Source: Obrimoposthia wandeli
Lineage: Eukaryota
Direction of reading: 5' to 3'
Assembly (NCBI GenBank): GCA_977020255.1
Contig: CDROCS010001806.1
Location: 372,001-436,000, forward strand
DNA: 64,000 nucleotides
Below are positions 22,651 to 35,241 of the stretch, piece after piece (the first letter of the stretch is position 1; the number at the start of each line of letters is the position of its first letter). Below the pieces are notes generated by a model. It did not search any database and was not told where the DNA came from. It was given only the letters and a program-made list of their open reading frames with translations. The position numbers and the translations under genes are program-made.

Positions 22651-22890
22651 CCCTCACTGTGCTATGTATTTAATACAGTAATCCTAATCTCGGGACCAAT
22701 TCAGTAATAAATCATTTGGAAGGTCGTTGTCGGTGTCAATCGGCACAGCATCATATTCTCGTACCCTTCTGCCAACGGCTTCGATGGAAATCGATGGGAT
22801 ATCCCCTGTCTAAAAACGAGTTAACTAGGTTCCCGTCACTGTATGCGTATTTGTCGGGACCGAGTTATCTCGGTTCCCGCGTATTGAGGG
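22651..22890. mobile_element. piggyBac-like MITE (240 bp)
   Basis: TTAA at 22647-22650 and 22891-22894 flanking CCCTCA...TGAGGG ends. Confidence 0.5.
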
Positions 22891-22974
22891 TTAACATCAA
22901 AATATTTTGAAGTCTGTCATTTCATGTTTTTAACATTTTAATTTTTTATTTCTTACGCTTCGAAATCTAATAAA

Positions 22975-23216
<242 letters not shown>

Positions 23217-24229
23217 TTAAATTTTAACTAATTTTATAAATTTCACTACCTCATCCAAAATTAACTTTAAAGCAACAAGTATATTTGTAGATGCAAGTGC
23301 CTCCCAGTGAATAATATTGTAAGTACTAGTGCATCTTGGTACAACATTATTTATTTGTGTCCCACCCCAGATAATTTTCTGATCATCGCCTTAGTGCATC
23401 AGTGCAAATATATGCTTTATTTCTTCTATATAAATATATGTACATGGTGACTTTTTCATTTAACAACATCTTCTGTACATGATTTTATCATCACAATGAC
23501 CAAAGATTATAAAAGTAAAATAATACGCGACAAAAGGCTTACAAAAGCAAAGAATTTAAAATTGTAGTAGAAAATGAAAGTATTTGTGATTTGTACGGGG
23601 AGAAATTGTTGATATCATTTATATTCGAAACGTTTGTAACAAAATCTATAAATTACATGGTTTAAAATTAAACGTATTTTGTAAAGCTACAAGATATGTA
23701 CAAGATAAAATTTATTTAGATAAATCGCAGTCTCGTTTACTTAATCGATTTAATTCGATTGGATTATTTCCATCAACTACTTTCAGACGATGAAATCGTT
23801 TGACTAAATATCTATTTATTCTGTTTGTTAGATAATCCACTTTGTTTCATATCGGTCTCATTTTAAATACATAATGTTTAGGAAACAAAATATTGTCAAC
23901 ATTCATAATAGCTCTTTAATTACGAATTCTTTATTGCAATTTATGAAAGCTTCAAATTCAATAAAATGAATATACATTTTAATTCAATTTATTTTATTGG
24001 AAATTGTTTATATTTGTGATTCCATGCCACTTAACTAGATATTGCTTTTGCTTTCCGAGCCCTATTGTCACTATTTCTCGAATTCTATATATTTAAAAAC
24101 ATCATATACTTACTCGCGTTAAAACATATCAAACATATTATATAAAGATAGAAAAATATATTTGATGCATTACAATTATTATACATAATACCATCTACAT
24201 AGTCTTGATCAATGTAATTCACTTTGAGA

Positions 24230-24930
24230 TTATTCAGTTGCTCCTTGTCTGGTCGTCTGTAATCTCTGATGAACCATGGTGTGTAATACTCGCAATTTCT
24301 CTATTAAACATAAATAAAGTTCGAATATTATATACTTGAATTCTAGGCTTTGACGACAATACTTGTAGATCTTCATGATAAAACTTATCACCAATTTCAT
24401 TATTTGTTTCATCTTCAATGAAATACATTACTGGGGTATGATGTGTATCGATTTTAGTTATTTGGAAAACCTCATCACTCTAATTCTCTTTGAAATTCTT
24501 TATAAAATAAGTAGTACTAATTTGAGACATTCAAACATAATCTCCAATCTCATATTGCGGTTTCTTTACAACCTACTTCTGATTACGCTGCCACCAAATT
24601 TCCGGTGCATTTTTTAATCAGAAATGTAAATTGGTATCTTTCCTAGCTAAGCTTCTGTGTGGACTATGATTATATGCTCGTATTATTTTAGGTAATTTTC
24701 CCCCATGTATTTTCCTCCCCTTCAGTGAAATACGTTTTCAATCGATCTCTCAATATTCGATTAATTCGTTCAACTAAAGCGGCTTTATATTGAGAAAACA
24801 CATAATAATTATTAATACCATGTTTCTTCAATCAGCCGCTAACATGTTTATTGTAAAGCTCCTTCCCTCTATTGGTTTAAAAATTAATTGGTTTCACATC
24901 TGAAAGTAATTTTTGATCCCTTTCAGTGCG
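24230..24930 (-). pseudogene. Decayed Polinton integrase (remnant D), truncated next to element B
   Basis: NRGKELYNKHV...FSQYKAALVERINRILRDRLK and KFYHEDLQV segments. Confidence 0.8.
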
Positions 24931-24979
24931 ACAAAGACCTGATTTAAACTTAAATGGCATAGCTCTTTAGGGGGTATAC

Positions 24980-25082
24980 CACTGTCCTTTAAAACCGTTT
25001 ATGTGAGTGGAGTGAAATTTCGTGCATATGTGTTGAGTGAAATTCCATGTATGTGTGTGGAGTGAAATTCCATGCATGTGTG
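24980..25082 (+). repeat. Left inverted repeat of element B with internal ~24-bp subrepeats
   Basis: CACTGTCCTTTAAAACCG..TGTGAGTGGAGTGAAATTTCGTGCAT matches the reverse complement of 38811-38876. Confidence 0.8.
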
Positions 25083-25419
25083 TCCACCCCACCCAACAAG
25101 GGGTACCCTCAACCTTTTTAATGTCACTTAGAATTTTACCGCCAATCTCAAAAGTGATTAGAGAAGACCACGGGAATCCATATTGACCCCAGCAGCTTAT
25201 CGCAGACGAGATTTCAAATAATACGTTTTTGTGAATATATAACTACTATTTTTAAGAAAGATTAATAAATTACTACAAGTATGTTAAAATATCTAAGTAA
25301 GATTTATATAATTTATAGGAGAAAGAAAATACGTTTAGTTCCGATTTATATAATTTATATGAGAAAATAAAAGAAAATATAAAACAAAATTCATTTCAAA
25401 ACATTTATTTAATAAATCA

Positions 25420-25810
25420 AACATAAAACACCATATTAGTTTTACTCAAAGTTCAAAGAGGCTGTATTTTTCCATCATTGAGTCGTATTGAAATATTCCA
25501 TAGTTCTTCGTCTAAAATTGGAGCAATCAAATAATCTAGATCATCTCTAAAAGCCAGACTGGGATCAGTTTCAAGCTGGAAAGAATTTCCTTCATTCACA
25601 TAATCAGGTATGTAAAATCCAAAAATAATTTTCAATTGATAAATATCAGATATTGTTATAATTTAGAGTAGATATTTATTTTCCACTTTTGATATTTTCA
25701 CAGGATTCATAACTCTTATAATTTGAAGCCTCTTAATATATTACATTTTTTCTTTTGAAATTCTTTCGGGATAATAAAGATTTCCTACATATTTCAGAAG
25801 AGAATTCATT
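25420..25810 (-). pseudogene. Homolog 1 of the element A 6361-7035 ORF
   Basis: VMNPVKISK...ISDIYQLKIIF...ETDPSLAFRD...LWNISIR...QPL(*)TL aligns with FPVALNK...PSDIDDLNKTF...ADPNLFKRD...KWMIVISI...KPIWKI. Confidence 0.6.
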
Positions 25811-25869
25811 TTAAAATAAATAAAATTGATTACAATTTATTACATGCAAAATGAAAGAAAAATAAATAG

Positions 25870-26352
25870 TTAAAACATAGGGATATGAGCACGTTCAATT
25901 TTCCACATAGGTAGCTTTGTTCCAATTTCATCTTTCTTTTAACAATAAAGCCGAATTGTTTCCGTCCATTGCTTCTTTTTCGTACACGCATCTACATCTA
26001 TTTCTTTTCAAAAGTAATCTAAAAATGCTGTATCAGCTCCTCAGATATAAAATTCGTTCTAATTGAATGTAAAATTTGGAACTGCTTTTTCAAATTTCTG
26101 TTTAAGATATTGGAAATCTGGTTTTTGAATATTCGATAGATAATAGCTAAACTTTCTTTTTTCAATTGTCACAGGATTTACTAAAGCAATCAGTTGAGCC
26201 TTCTTCAAGGAACTGACTTTGTATTTGAAATATTGTTTCACTTCTTCATATATATTCTTATCCGAATCTTCAAACATTTCTAAATATTCATCATAACTTA
26301 ATATCCGTCGGCTATCGTCCATCATTGATAATTGTCTTTTATATAAATGCAT
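25870..26352 (-). pseudogene. Homolog 2 (tandem paralog) of the element A 6361-7035 ORF
   Basis: LVNPVTIEKRKFSYYLSNIQKPDFQYLKQKFEK...GADTAF...KLPMWKIERA aligns with the same A protein. Confidence 0.6.
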
Positions 26353-26596
26353 TTCTTATGATTTGTCCTCCATTGGCGCATTCTTTTATACTAATTTGTA
26401 ACAAAGACATGAATCTCATTGTTTAATATAACTAAAGCATTGATTTTGATTGGACTAAATCCATATTAAAAATTGAAATTGAAAATTTATATCATCCAAT
26501 TATAATAGGTTTGCAAGATATTTACAAGAAATTTGCAATAAAAAAGCACGTTCAGACATGTATAAAGAATAATTTGTCGAAAACAATTTTAGTCTA

Positions 26597-27078
26597 ATGA
26601 AACTCATAAATATAAATTATAAAGGAAAAATAGAAGATGATACTTTGTACTTGCCATTCAATTATTGAAAGCCGAGACAATATGTAAAACATTTTGATGG
26701 ATTCACAGTTGTTATTTTCCCTCAGGTTAGTTTTTATTTTATTTTATTGAGTTCTTTTAGGAAGTTGTCATGTAATGTGATGCAAAACACCATTAAATGA
26801 GTTCAATTTACCATTTGGAATTCAAATCAGCGCCATACAATCTATACAAATTTCAGCTAATCTCGGGAAAGAAATAAATCTTTATAAAATTGCAGAGAAA
26901 ATGAAAGAAGTATGCATGTTTGAAATTAAAATTTTTCCTGCACTCAGATATTTGAAGTTTACAACGCTGTGTAAATATATTTTCCAGTGGTAAAGTTATG
27001 ATATTGGGATTGAGAAATATTTATTATCCAGACACTGTTGGATCGAATTTAGAAAATATATTTTATTACATTTGTTAA
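26597..27078 (+). pseudogene. TBP-like gene of element B, with intron 26726-26760 at the same position as in A
   Basis: MKLININYKGK...KPRQYV...VVIF.SG | GT-AG 35 nt | SCHVM*CK...CMFEIKIFPALRY...NIFSSGKVMILGL; two in-frame stops and two frameshifts. Confidence 0.88.
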
Positions 27079-27129
27079 CTTTTCTATAAACAAACCCGTT
27101 TAAACCTATTGTTTCAAATGAATAATACT

Positions 27130-27320
27130 ATAAATACAGACAATGGAAAACGGAAAAATGTATTAAAGAAATATAGAAAAACTCTTCTAGATATTGCTAA
27201 TGTAAAAAGAAAAAAAGGAAACGAAATATTATTCTTAAACAGAATGGCGGTTTCATAGGGGCTGTTATTCCAGTTGTTGCTTCAATTATCAGTAGTATTA
27301 TAGCTGCGACACGTACATAA
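27130..27320 (+). pseudogene. 3' half of the amphipathic-peptide gene
   Basis: KKYRKTLLDIANVK...ILKQNGGFIGAVIPVVASIISSIIAATRT*. Confidence 0.7.
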
Positions 27321-27369
27321 AGAATTATTTCAAATATCATCTTATGATATGGGTGCTAACCCTTCTTTA

Positions 27370-28160
27370 TCTAAATTAAAATTTTCTATATATTCAAATT
27401 GTTGTAATAGAGAAGATATGGTTCAATCCAAAAGATCTAATTGGCTACATAGGAGTTTCAAAATTGACAAAAAAAACAAAACAGAATTACAAGAAAATGC
27501 AGAAATGGCTGAGCGATCAGTTAGCCTACAGTCTGAACAAGCCGATGATAAGAGGGTTTCCTACTAGAGCATACAAAAGCAGCAGTCCTAATAATTTTAT
27601 GGTAAATGGATTTGATGGAGATGATTCCATATTCTTTTATAAATACGGGATATCGATATATTTACACATGTATTGATGTATTTAGCAGATTTGCTCGTGC
27701 AATTCCAGTTAAAGCAAAGTATTCAATAGCTATACTGAAGCCATTAAAGAAATATTAAAAGAGGACATTCCACAAAATGTGCAAACTGATTTAGGAAAAG
27801 AATTTTATAATAAGCAATCTCAATCATTATTTAAACAAAATAATATAAATTACTACTCTGTGTTTTGCAGTACAAAGCAGCAGTTGTAGAAAGATTTAAT
27901 CGTACTTTAAGAGATCGAATAAAATAATATTTCACAAAAGAAGGAAATACAAAAATGGATACCATTAAAGATGCTGACAATAATATCGTTCAGGGTAAAT
28001 TTTATGAGCAAGAACTACAAGTAATGTCAAATAAACCTAACGTTTTCCATATTCAAAAAATATTAAAATCTAAGGGTACCGGTAAACATAAACAATACTT
28101 TGTTAAATGGCATGGTTATTCAGATCCAACTTGGATATCAGTATCTAATATAATACGAAG
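27370..28160 (+). pseudogene. Integrase of element B (frameshifted, internally deleted)
   Basis: QKWLSDQLAYSLNKPM.RGFPTRAY, QTDLGKEFYNK, ERFNRTLRDR, YFVKWHGYSDPTWI. Confidence 0.9.
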
Positions 28161-28163
28161 TCT

Positions 28164-29160
28164 ATGTATATTGTTTTACCTAGTAACGGATGCCCGAAGA
28201 CTCAGCCGGATAATGACGCTAGTAGCTTTATTATTGCGTGGGAAAATCCTATAAATCTCCAAGAAGAATGGGAAGCGGCTTTAACAGATTTTTCTTTTTA
28301 TTATTCTCCAAGTACTATCAAAAAAATCACATATTTCGTTTACAAAATAAAATAATATTGAAAAAATAAATGAAGTTGAGACTAAAGGAAAATTTTATTA
28401 CAATTGTATAGATAAAGAAGTGAAAGTAATATATGAAAATAACAAAGTCACATTTAAAAATCTATTAAAATTTATTCAAGTTTTTCAAATTACATTTGTA
28501 TCTAAAAAAGAAGCTTTACAATTCGGTTTGATAGTGAACAAACAGTAGCTCGTAATAGACGGGATATAGTCTCATCTAAATCGGTTAGAAAAGTTCCTGG
28601 TAGTGTAGCAAGAGTGTTGTTACTTGAAACGAGAGTAAAAGATAAAGTGAAACTGAAAACGTTTTCAAAAGATTATAAAATAGATAATGAAGTGAATTTA
28701 TGTAAATTTATACAGAAGGAATTTAGTGAATATTTGGATAAATGTGTAACATTAAAAAATTGTAAAATAACGTTTACAGTAAAGAGCAATATAATACGAG
28801 TTTTATTTGATGATAAACTCACTAAAAACCTTGGTTTAAACAGAAATACCTTTGAAACCCATACAATAAAAACCATAAAAGCTAAAAATAAGGCAAAGCA
28901 TTTATATGCTATAAATCCTTTAAATATTTATACTAATTTAATAGAAACAGCGCTTGTAGGAGGACAGCAAGTTCCACTTTGAGAACAATATGGATATCTC
29001 AAACTCAAACTAAAGTTGGGGACGTTATCGGTATTCGTATAGATCAACCAATGTATCTTCCAGTTGCTATATTTTCTATAAACAATATTGAAGTAAATAT
29101 TAGAGATGATTCCGGACAACTAATAGATTTCACGATTCCAAGACATGTTTAACAATATAT
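28164..29160 (+). pseudogene. Minor capsid (penton) of element B
   Basis: MYIVLPSNGCPKTQPDNDASSFIIAWENPI...WEAALTDF; VGGQQVPL; MYLPVA...NIEVNIRDDSG. Confidence 0.85.
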
Positions 29161-29173
29161 TTAAGAAAACAAA

Positions 29174-29550
29174 ATGACGAATCCAGCAATAATTGAAGCT
29201 TATAGTCAAAGTCAACAAGGTGGAGAATTACCATATTTTGTTGGTAAACAATATGGATCCGGTTGGCTTAGAACATTAGGTAGATTTGCCTTTCCTCTTT
29301 TGAAGAGACTCGGACGATTTGTATCAAATTTAGGAAAAGACTACCTTTCATATAAGAACAATAAACTAATACCAACTTTTAAGAAGCATGCACTTAATGA
29401 ACTTGATAATGTTTTACCTGACGTTGCTAATGTGATTAGAAAAGGTAAATCAGATGAAAGCAAAGAAGGTAGTGGATTTTAACGTAAAAAGAAGCAAAAA
29501 TTTAATATAAACAGACGTAAGAAAGTTGAAGGAACAATATTTGCAAAATG
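29174..29550 (+). pseudogene. PZ-like core protein of element B
   Basis: QQGGELPYFVGKQYGSGWLRTLGRFAFPLLKRLG; frameshift near the C-terminus (..RRKKVEGTIFAK). Confidence 0.85.
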
Positions 29551-30543
29551 AGTTGCGCCAAAACCGAATTGTGTAGTTTTTATAAACCTCTTCCGCAAGT
29601 AGTTGTAGATAATGCTTCCTTTGAAGAAATATTTCTAGTTAACTCAGTTTCAGGAACCACTTTACCCGATTTAGAATTTAATATTAATGGTTCCAATAGT
29701 GAGTATTTAGATTTGAATGATACTTTGCTTTATGTTCACTCGCAAAGAATGGATTGCAGAATCTAAATCTTACGAAATGTGTGGGTCTATGAGATTGAAC
29801 TTTTTTGAACAACCGAAATATTTAATTCCCGGTGTTAATGTACATCTTCGTTTGAAACGTAATAAATGGAATTTTTCTTTGATAAACACAGACGTTTTAA
29901 AACCTAGACTTGATATTTTGGATGCAAAACTACATGTCCAAAGAGTTAAAACCGAGCAATCAGTTTTAATAGCACATAATATAGGAACGGCAAAAAACAA
30001 TGCTTGTTATTCTATTAGAGAAACTAAACTTATAACCTACTCTTTAGGTACGGGTATGCAAGCTTTTAATAAGAATCAAAATTTTGATGATGTAAGATTA
30101 CTTAAATTTGTTTTAATTTCTTTTCAAAAAACTGCAAAGTTTCTAGGAAATTATACGACAGATGTAACTCAATTTGACAATCTTAATGTAGGTACAGTGA
30201 CACTTTCAAGAAATATTGATTATCGCAAAACATATAAAACAGATTTCGAAGGTAGCGTTTATGCTCTAGCTTATACGCAATCTATTATTCGAAATTTGGG
30301 TCAACTAGATAAAAATATAAACAATTGCATATTTCTTTCATTGAGTTTAAAAGCAGCTGTCCGTTCTTCACATTTGTTTTGGCACCAGACTTTGATATAA
30401 ATCAATGCCAACTACCAAAGGATAGAAATTTACGATTAGAAATTAAGTTCAATGCAGCTTTAATACATCCTACTACGGTGCTTATTTACGGAGTATTTGA
30501 TTCGGAAATACAAATCAATAAAAACAGAACTGTCATATTATAG
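29548..30543 (+). pseudogene. Major capsid protein of element B (fragmented)
   Basis: MSCAKTELC...EYLDLNDTLL, FFEQPKYLIPGVNV, LRLEIKF...VLIYGVFDSEIQI; three ORF pieces. Confidence 0.9.
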
Positions 30544-30544
30544 A

Positions 30545-30923
30545 ATGAAGTAATACATTTTTTTTTAAAATTTATTAATTTTTATTTATTTCAGTACAAG
30601 TACAAGAATCAGCAGAGAAGGTCCTGGGTGATAAATTCAATGGAGTTTATCCTATTGATATGATACCATTTTTTCAATCTGGAGGTTACATTATCAATAC
30701 TCATACTTTGAATTTACCAGGAGAACATTGGATATCTATTTATGTTAGAGAGTGGACAATAGATGTATTTGATCCACTTGCAACGTATTATTCACACAAA
30801 CGTGTTTCAACTTTTCGAAAAGGACGAAGAAGAGTATTTTACAACAATATACTATACCATGATCCAGCGACGAGAAACTGTGGACATTTATATATTTTAT
30901 GGTTATCGTTGCCAAACGATTGA
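30545..30923 (+). pseudogene. Adenain/Ulp1-like cysteine maturation protease, probable 45-nt intron near the start
   Basis: IINT...PGEHW, FDP and NCGH catalytic motifs. ATG at 30545, GT at 30550, polypyrimidine-CAG ending 30594. Confidence 0.85.
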
Positions 30924-31188
30924 TGTGTTATAATAATAAATATTTATTAAAAACATGTTTTATTTTGAATTATTTTTTTAAACACTACAAAATTAAAATA
31001 TAAGGGTAAAATAATAAAAGACATAAGACGAAATTTTTTTAATACATTTATTAAACAAAATATCACAACGAGATCTGTCAGCAAAGATAAGGCCCAACCT
31101 AAAAAAGTATCGAAATAACAAAAAGTTAGAGTCAAGGTGCCATAGGGATTTGAAATTTAAAAAAATAAACAAAAAAAATGAAAACCGT

Positions 31189-32700
31189 TTAAATTCGGAA
31201 GTGTCCATAAGCCAGGCTAGCCTTCTTTTCTATCCAAAAGCGCTTGTCGTCATTACTACACAAAGCGTTTTTTGTTGATTTAGGGCAATACAGTTGATGG
31301 GCTCTTGAAATAAATCTAGTTTGCTCAACGCTTTCAATAAACCCAGTATCATAAACTTTCCGGTAGGCCTCATGTGTAAGATTGTTTCTTCCCACACCCT
31401 TTGCTCTCATTGAACATGTATTATTAGATGCATGTAAACTGTAGCATTTAGGGCGTAGGAAAATACAATCATCATACAAAACCTGTCCCTCGCTTTCATC
31501 CTTAAATTTCCCGATAATATCCTTAAAACTCATAGAGTGTAGAGGATGGTTAGCGGGATATTTATGGGTATCAAGTAAGTTATCCCTAAACATTGCTGGT
31601 AATAATTGATTATATAAACTAACATTCCTACATTCTAAAAAGAAAAAGTCAGTGTCCCCAGCTGCGATTTTGATCTCACAATTGATTTCTCTTCGATATT
31701 TCTCTAATTCTATATATTGAAGCTCGTACATTCTGAGTTTGGAAATGTCTAAAACCATTTGTTTGACCTATATAACTTGGTCGATCGAGAAAAATACTCT
31801 GTTTTCCTAATAACACTGCTACGAACTCATATGCAATTGTAAAACTACGCTTGAAGTTGTACTTTCTAGTATATGTTATTAGTTTACGCTCATCATTGCA
31901 AAACCGTAGACAAATACGTTTCCGCAAGTCCTCTACAGTTTTTCCAAATATACCTTTTCTTTTTAACTTGTAAAAATCTCGATCGAATTTGCTAGTGGCC
32001 AAATTAAGTTTTCTAGAATTCTTCTCAATATAGACTTTAAACACAAAGTTTTGACTAAAGCTTATAGCACGATGACTTTCGCTCCCAACTTTAAATATAA
32101 TTGAAGAAGCTGCCAATGCACCACATAATTCAACTTGTTTTCATGTGTTAACAATAATTTCTTAACATTTGAATTAGATTGATATTGATGAACAGGTGTT
32201 ACTGGAAGATCATCTAATTTATCATGCACATTGGAGGAATTTTTAAATCAACCTCAACCAAATAGCTGACGTTTGATAAAACTATATCAACAGTAGTCAA
32301 ATCTGTCATCAATTTATTCAACTGTTCCTCATCATAAACCCACTTAAAGTTGGCATGAGGTAGAGGTTGAGTAAGCGCCCACCCATTCAAATTATTAATG
32401 TCAGTGTACAGAATCTACTTGGATTGAATTTTGACAACATGATGTTTGTTGACAAAAGTCATTCCACCGCGTATACCATAATCATAGATTTGATACATCG
32501 CGGGATCTTGCAGTAATTCGATATTAATATTAAGAGTTTTTATTGCCGTTGCTCATGAAAGACCAGGTAAACTAAAGAAATGCATGGGATCTAGCCCATC
32601 TTCTGCTAAAGATTTTACACGAAAGGACTCAAACACATCAGCTAAAATATAAATGTCTAACTTCATATAATAAAGCATATAATCTAGAAGATTTCGACAA
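31189..32700 (-). pseudogene. Protein-primed DNA polymerase B, polymerase domain (fragmented)
   Basis: LADVFESFR, LDP..F.SLPGLS, GIRGG, YTDINNL.GWAL, GIFGKT, GDTD, GKFKDE, LRPKCYS and DDKR motifs. Confidence 0.93.
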
Positions 32701-32719
32701 TTATTCTCCAAAAAGCTAC

Positions 32720-33242
32720 GGGACTCATTATAGTACTCTTAAGTCATCGCCGGGTACAGTTTTGGGCCCCTCGGCAGTCTCGATTGTAGCGGGGCCACCT
32801 TTTCGCCCAATACCCGTAACCGACCGCAGGTCGGTTGTCGGGTACGATTTTTCTTCTTGTCCATGTCGAAGTTTTGAAATCTGATTATTATTATTCAAAT
32901 TTATTAACAAATTTGTCTGATCTTTGATAAAAGGTTTCTTTTTGGCATACGAATCCGTTGTTTCCCCTAGATTAGTGTTGTTTTTTGCCATTACAAGTTT
33001 GTCGATAATTGAACCTTAGCCTGTCCTTATTTAGTCACTTCTGATTTTAACATATTTTCAATATTTAAATCTACATCTACGTTTAATAAAATTTTATTTT
33101 CTAATGGCACCTTAACTATAACATATTTATTATTTAGGTGATACTCTATAGTAGCACCGTTTTCCCTACGTTTCTGTGGTGGGATATTATTAAGAAATTG
33201 GCTTCGCCCCTTTCTTCCTACAGTCGTTGACAAACCTCCACC
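32720..33242 (-). pseudogene. Probable N-terminal region of the pPolB ORF
   Basis: Co-oriented and directly upstream of the polymerase fragments; ...LKSEVTK*GQAKVQLST; no diagnostic motif. Confidence 0.4.
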
Positions 33243-33245
33243 TTA

Positions 33246-34005
33246 TTAAATGGGAAGACAACTATTTATATTAACAGTTGATACTGGTGCTGCTGATATT
33301 GAGGCAATCGCGGCTGATGTAGACGGTGCTGATGAGGCGATGGCGCTTGTATATGCTACATTTGAGGTTGGGGCCACTCAGTATCCAGTAGCTAATGTCA
33401 TTGAAGTTGAAGCTGACATTGCTGACGGGGAAGAACGGGAAGCGGGTGTTGTAGAGACCAATGATGCATTTGCTGAAATAAATATTTTGATTTTTTTTTA
33501 AAATTATTACCTATAAACATCGATGTAGGCACTCGCGATGGGGGAGGCATGGCTACCACAGTCAACGACGGAATCAGTTGTCTCAAAGTATTTCCTGAAA
33601 AAAAATAAAAAATAAAATAAAATATATTTAATTAGAATTTTAAAAAAATAATCAGAAAATAGTAATAAAAAATACCTGATGAAGCTGAATCAACTGTAGC
33701 TGGTTGGAAGTCTTCTTCATTGACAGAATCCATCCAGCTGTCGTCTGTTAATTAGACAAAGTCTGATTACTCGATGGCCTCCAACCAGCTGTTGTCACTC
33801 CCATGAGGCTGCTCTATCTCGAAATCTGACTGGGTAATATTTTCCATCCAGTCATTGTTCGAGTGTTGAGTTGCTTGCTTCAAAACCTCAAAATCTTCTT
33901 GGGAGATGACGTTCATCCACTCATAGGCTGGAAACAGGTTACACATAATCTGAAAAAATAAATATTAATAAAGAAATAAAAATTAAAGGTTCTTACCATA
34001 TTCAT
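33246..34005 (-). pseudogene. Four-exon ORF with W..I...DF repeats and a Ser/Thr/Ala-rich tail
   Basis: Exons 34005-33997, 33949-33676, 33594-33511, 33472-33246. GT-AG introns of 47, 81 and 38 nt with phase-consistent joins; three internal stops. Confidence 0.75.
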
Positions 34006-34852
34006 TATTTCAAATAGTCGTGGATTGAAATGAAAAAAGTGTTTGTTTATATAGTAAATTTTATGCACACATGCTCTTTTCTTATTGAATGAAAATATAA
34101 AATTTATTCCTCTAATGAGAAGAATTGTTTATTTGTTATTGGTTTTATAATATTATTTTTTATATATTATATTCCTCCAATTAAAAGGATTGTTCATTTA
34201 TATTTGTAATTGGATGAAAATTTTATTTTGTAATAATTAATTTCTCCAATAAAAAGTATTGTTTATCTACATGTCAAGTAATAATAAGATAGACTTAAAC
34301 ATTTTTATATTTGCAATGGTCACCTTGATCACGATATGGACAGCAAATATTTCGTGGAATTTTTAATAGAGGATCACGTGAAATATTTAAGGTATTTAAT
34401 CTCAATTTTGGAAAATATTTTTTTAAAGCCTTATACTTTATGCCATCCATTTCATCTAAAACATAAAAATTCCATTTTCAATATCAAAATTAGATTTAAT
34501 TGTATCGAAAATACATATTTCACAAAAATCCTTATGTCCTTCTTCATTTTAATAAATTAAAATAATTAGTTAGATATAAATTAGTAAATTTTTTCTTATA
34601 ATCTAAACTCCTAAACGGGATATCTACATGAAATATGAAATGCAAAGGATGGAAAACATCGCACATATCCATAATACGTAATTATTTTATAATATAATCT
34701 CTATTTTTTTAATGAAAGCCTTAAAGCTTATGATATATTCTTGCATCATTAGACATATATGTAACAAATCCCTTTGTTTATTACGAATTTGAAAAAAAAT
34801 AATAATCAAAATTTATTATAATATCAAAGTACTCCGTATTTATTTTTTCTCG

Positions 34853-35065
34853 TTAAGATTGGTACATATTTTCAATTATCCTATGAATATTAAAATAAAT
34901 TATATTAAATATAAATCTACCTAAATATTTCGAAAATAAATTACATATTTTATCTGCAACAATGTCTGGAGTATCATTTTTTGAGAAATAATTATTTTCA
35001 TAATCTTCCATTAAATCTGGAAATAATTTAATGTATAATTTATCCAAATTTATTTTATCATCCAT
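34853..35065 (-). CDS. Hypothetical accessory ORF fragment in element B
   Basis: ATG-started, protein-like 70-aa ORF; no motif recognised. Confidence 0.35.
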   Translation of the reverse strand: MDDKINLDKLYIKLFPDLMEDYENNYFSKNDTPDIVADKICNLFSKYLGRFIFNIIYFNIHRIIENMYQS

Positions 35066-35241
35066 GTTATAAAAAAATATTATATATAAAATTGTTTATA
35101 TTTAGTATGCTTATGCAAAATATTTAGTCAATTATGTAACACTATAGATAATCAATAAAGTCAAAATAAAAATAATTTTCAACATTTATTTTTTAGAAGA
35201 CCTTCTTTGGGTTTAATATTTAGGATTCTCTTTCTTGCAGC

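Noticed and set aside
33250-33586. Listed ORFs 33250-33501 (+) and 33398-33586 (-)
   Set aside because: Explained as the antisense shadow and an intron read-through of the four-exon minus-strand gene.
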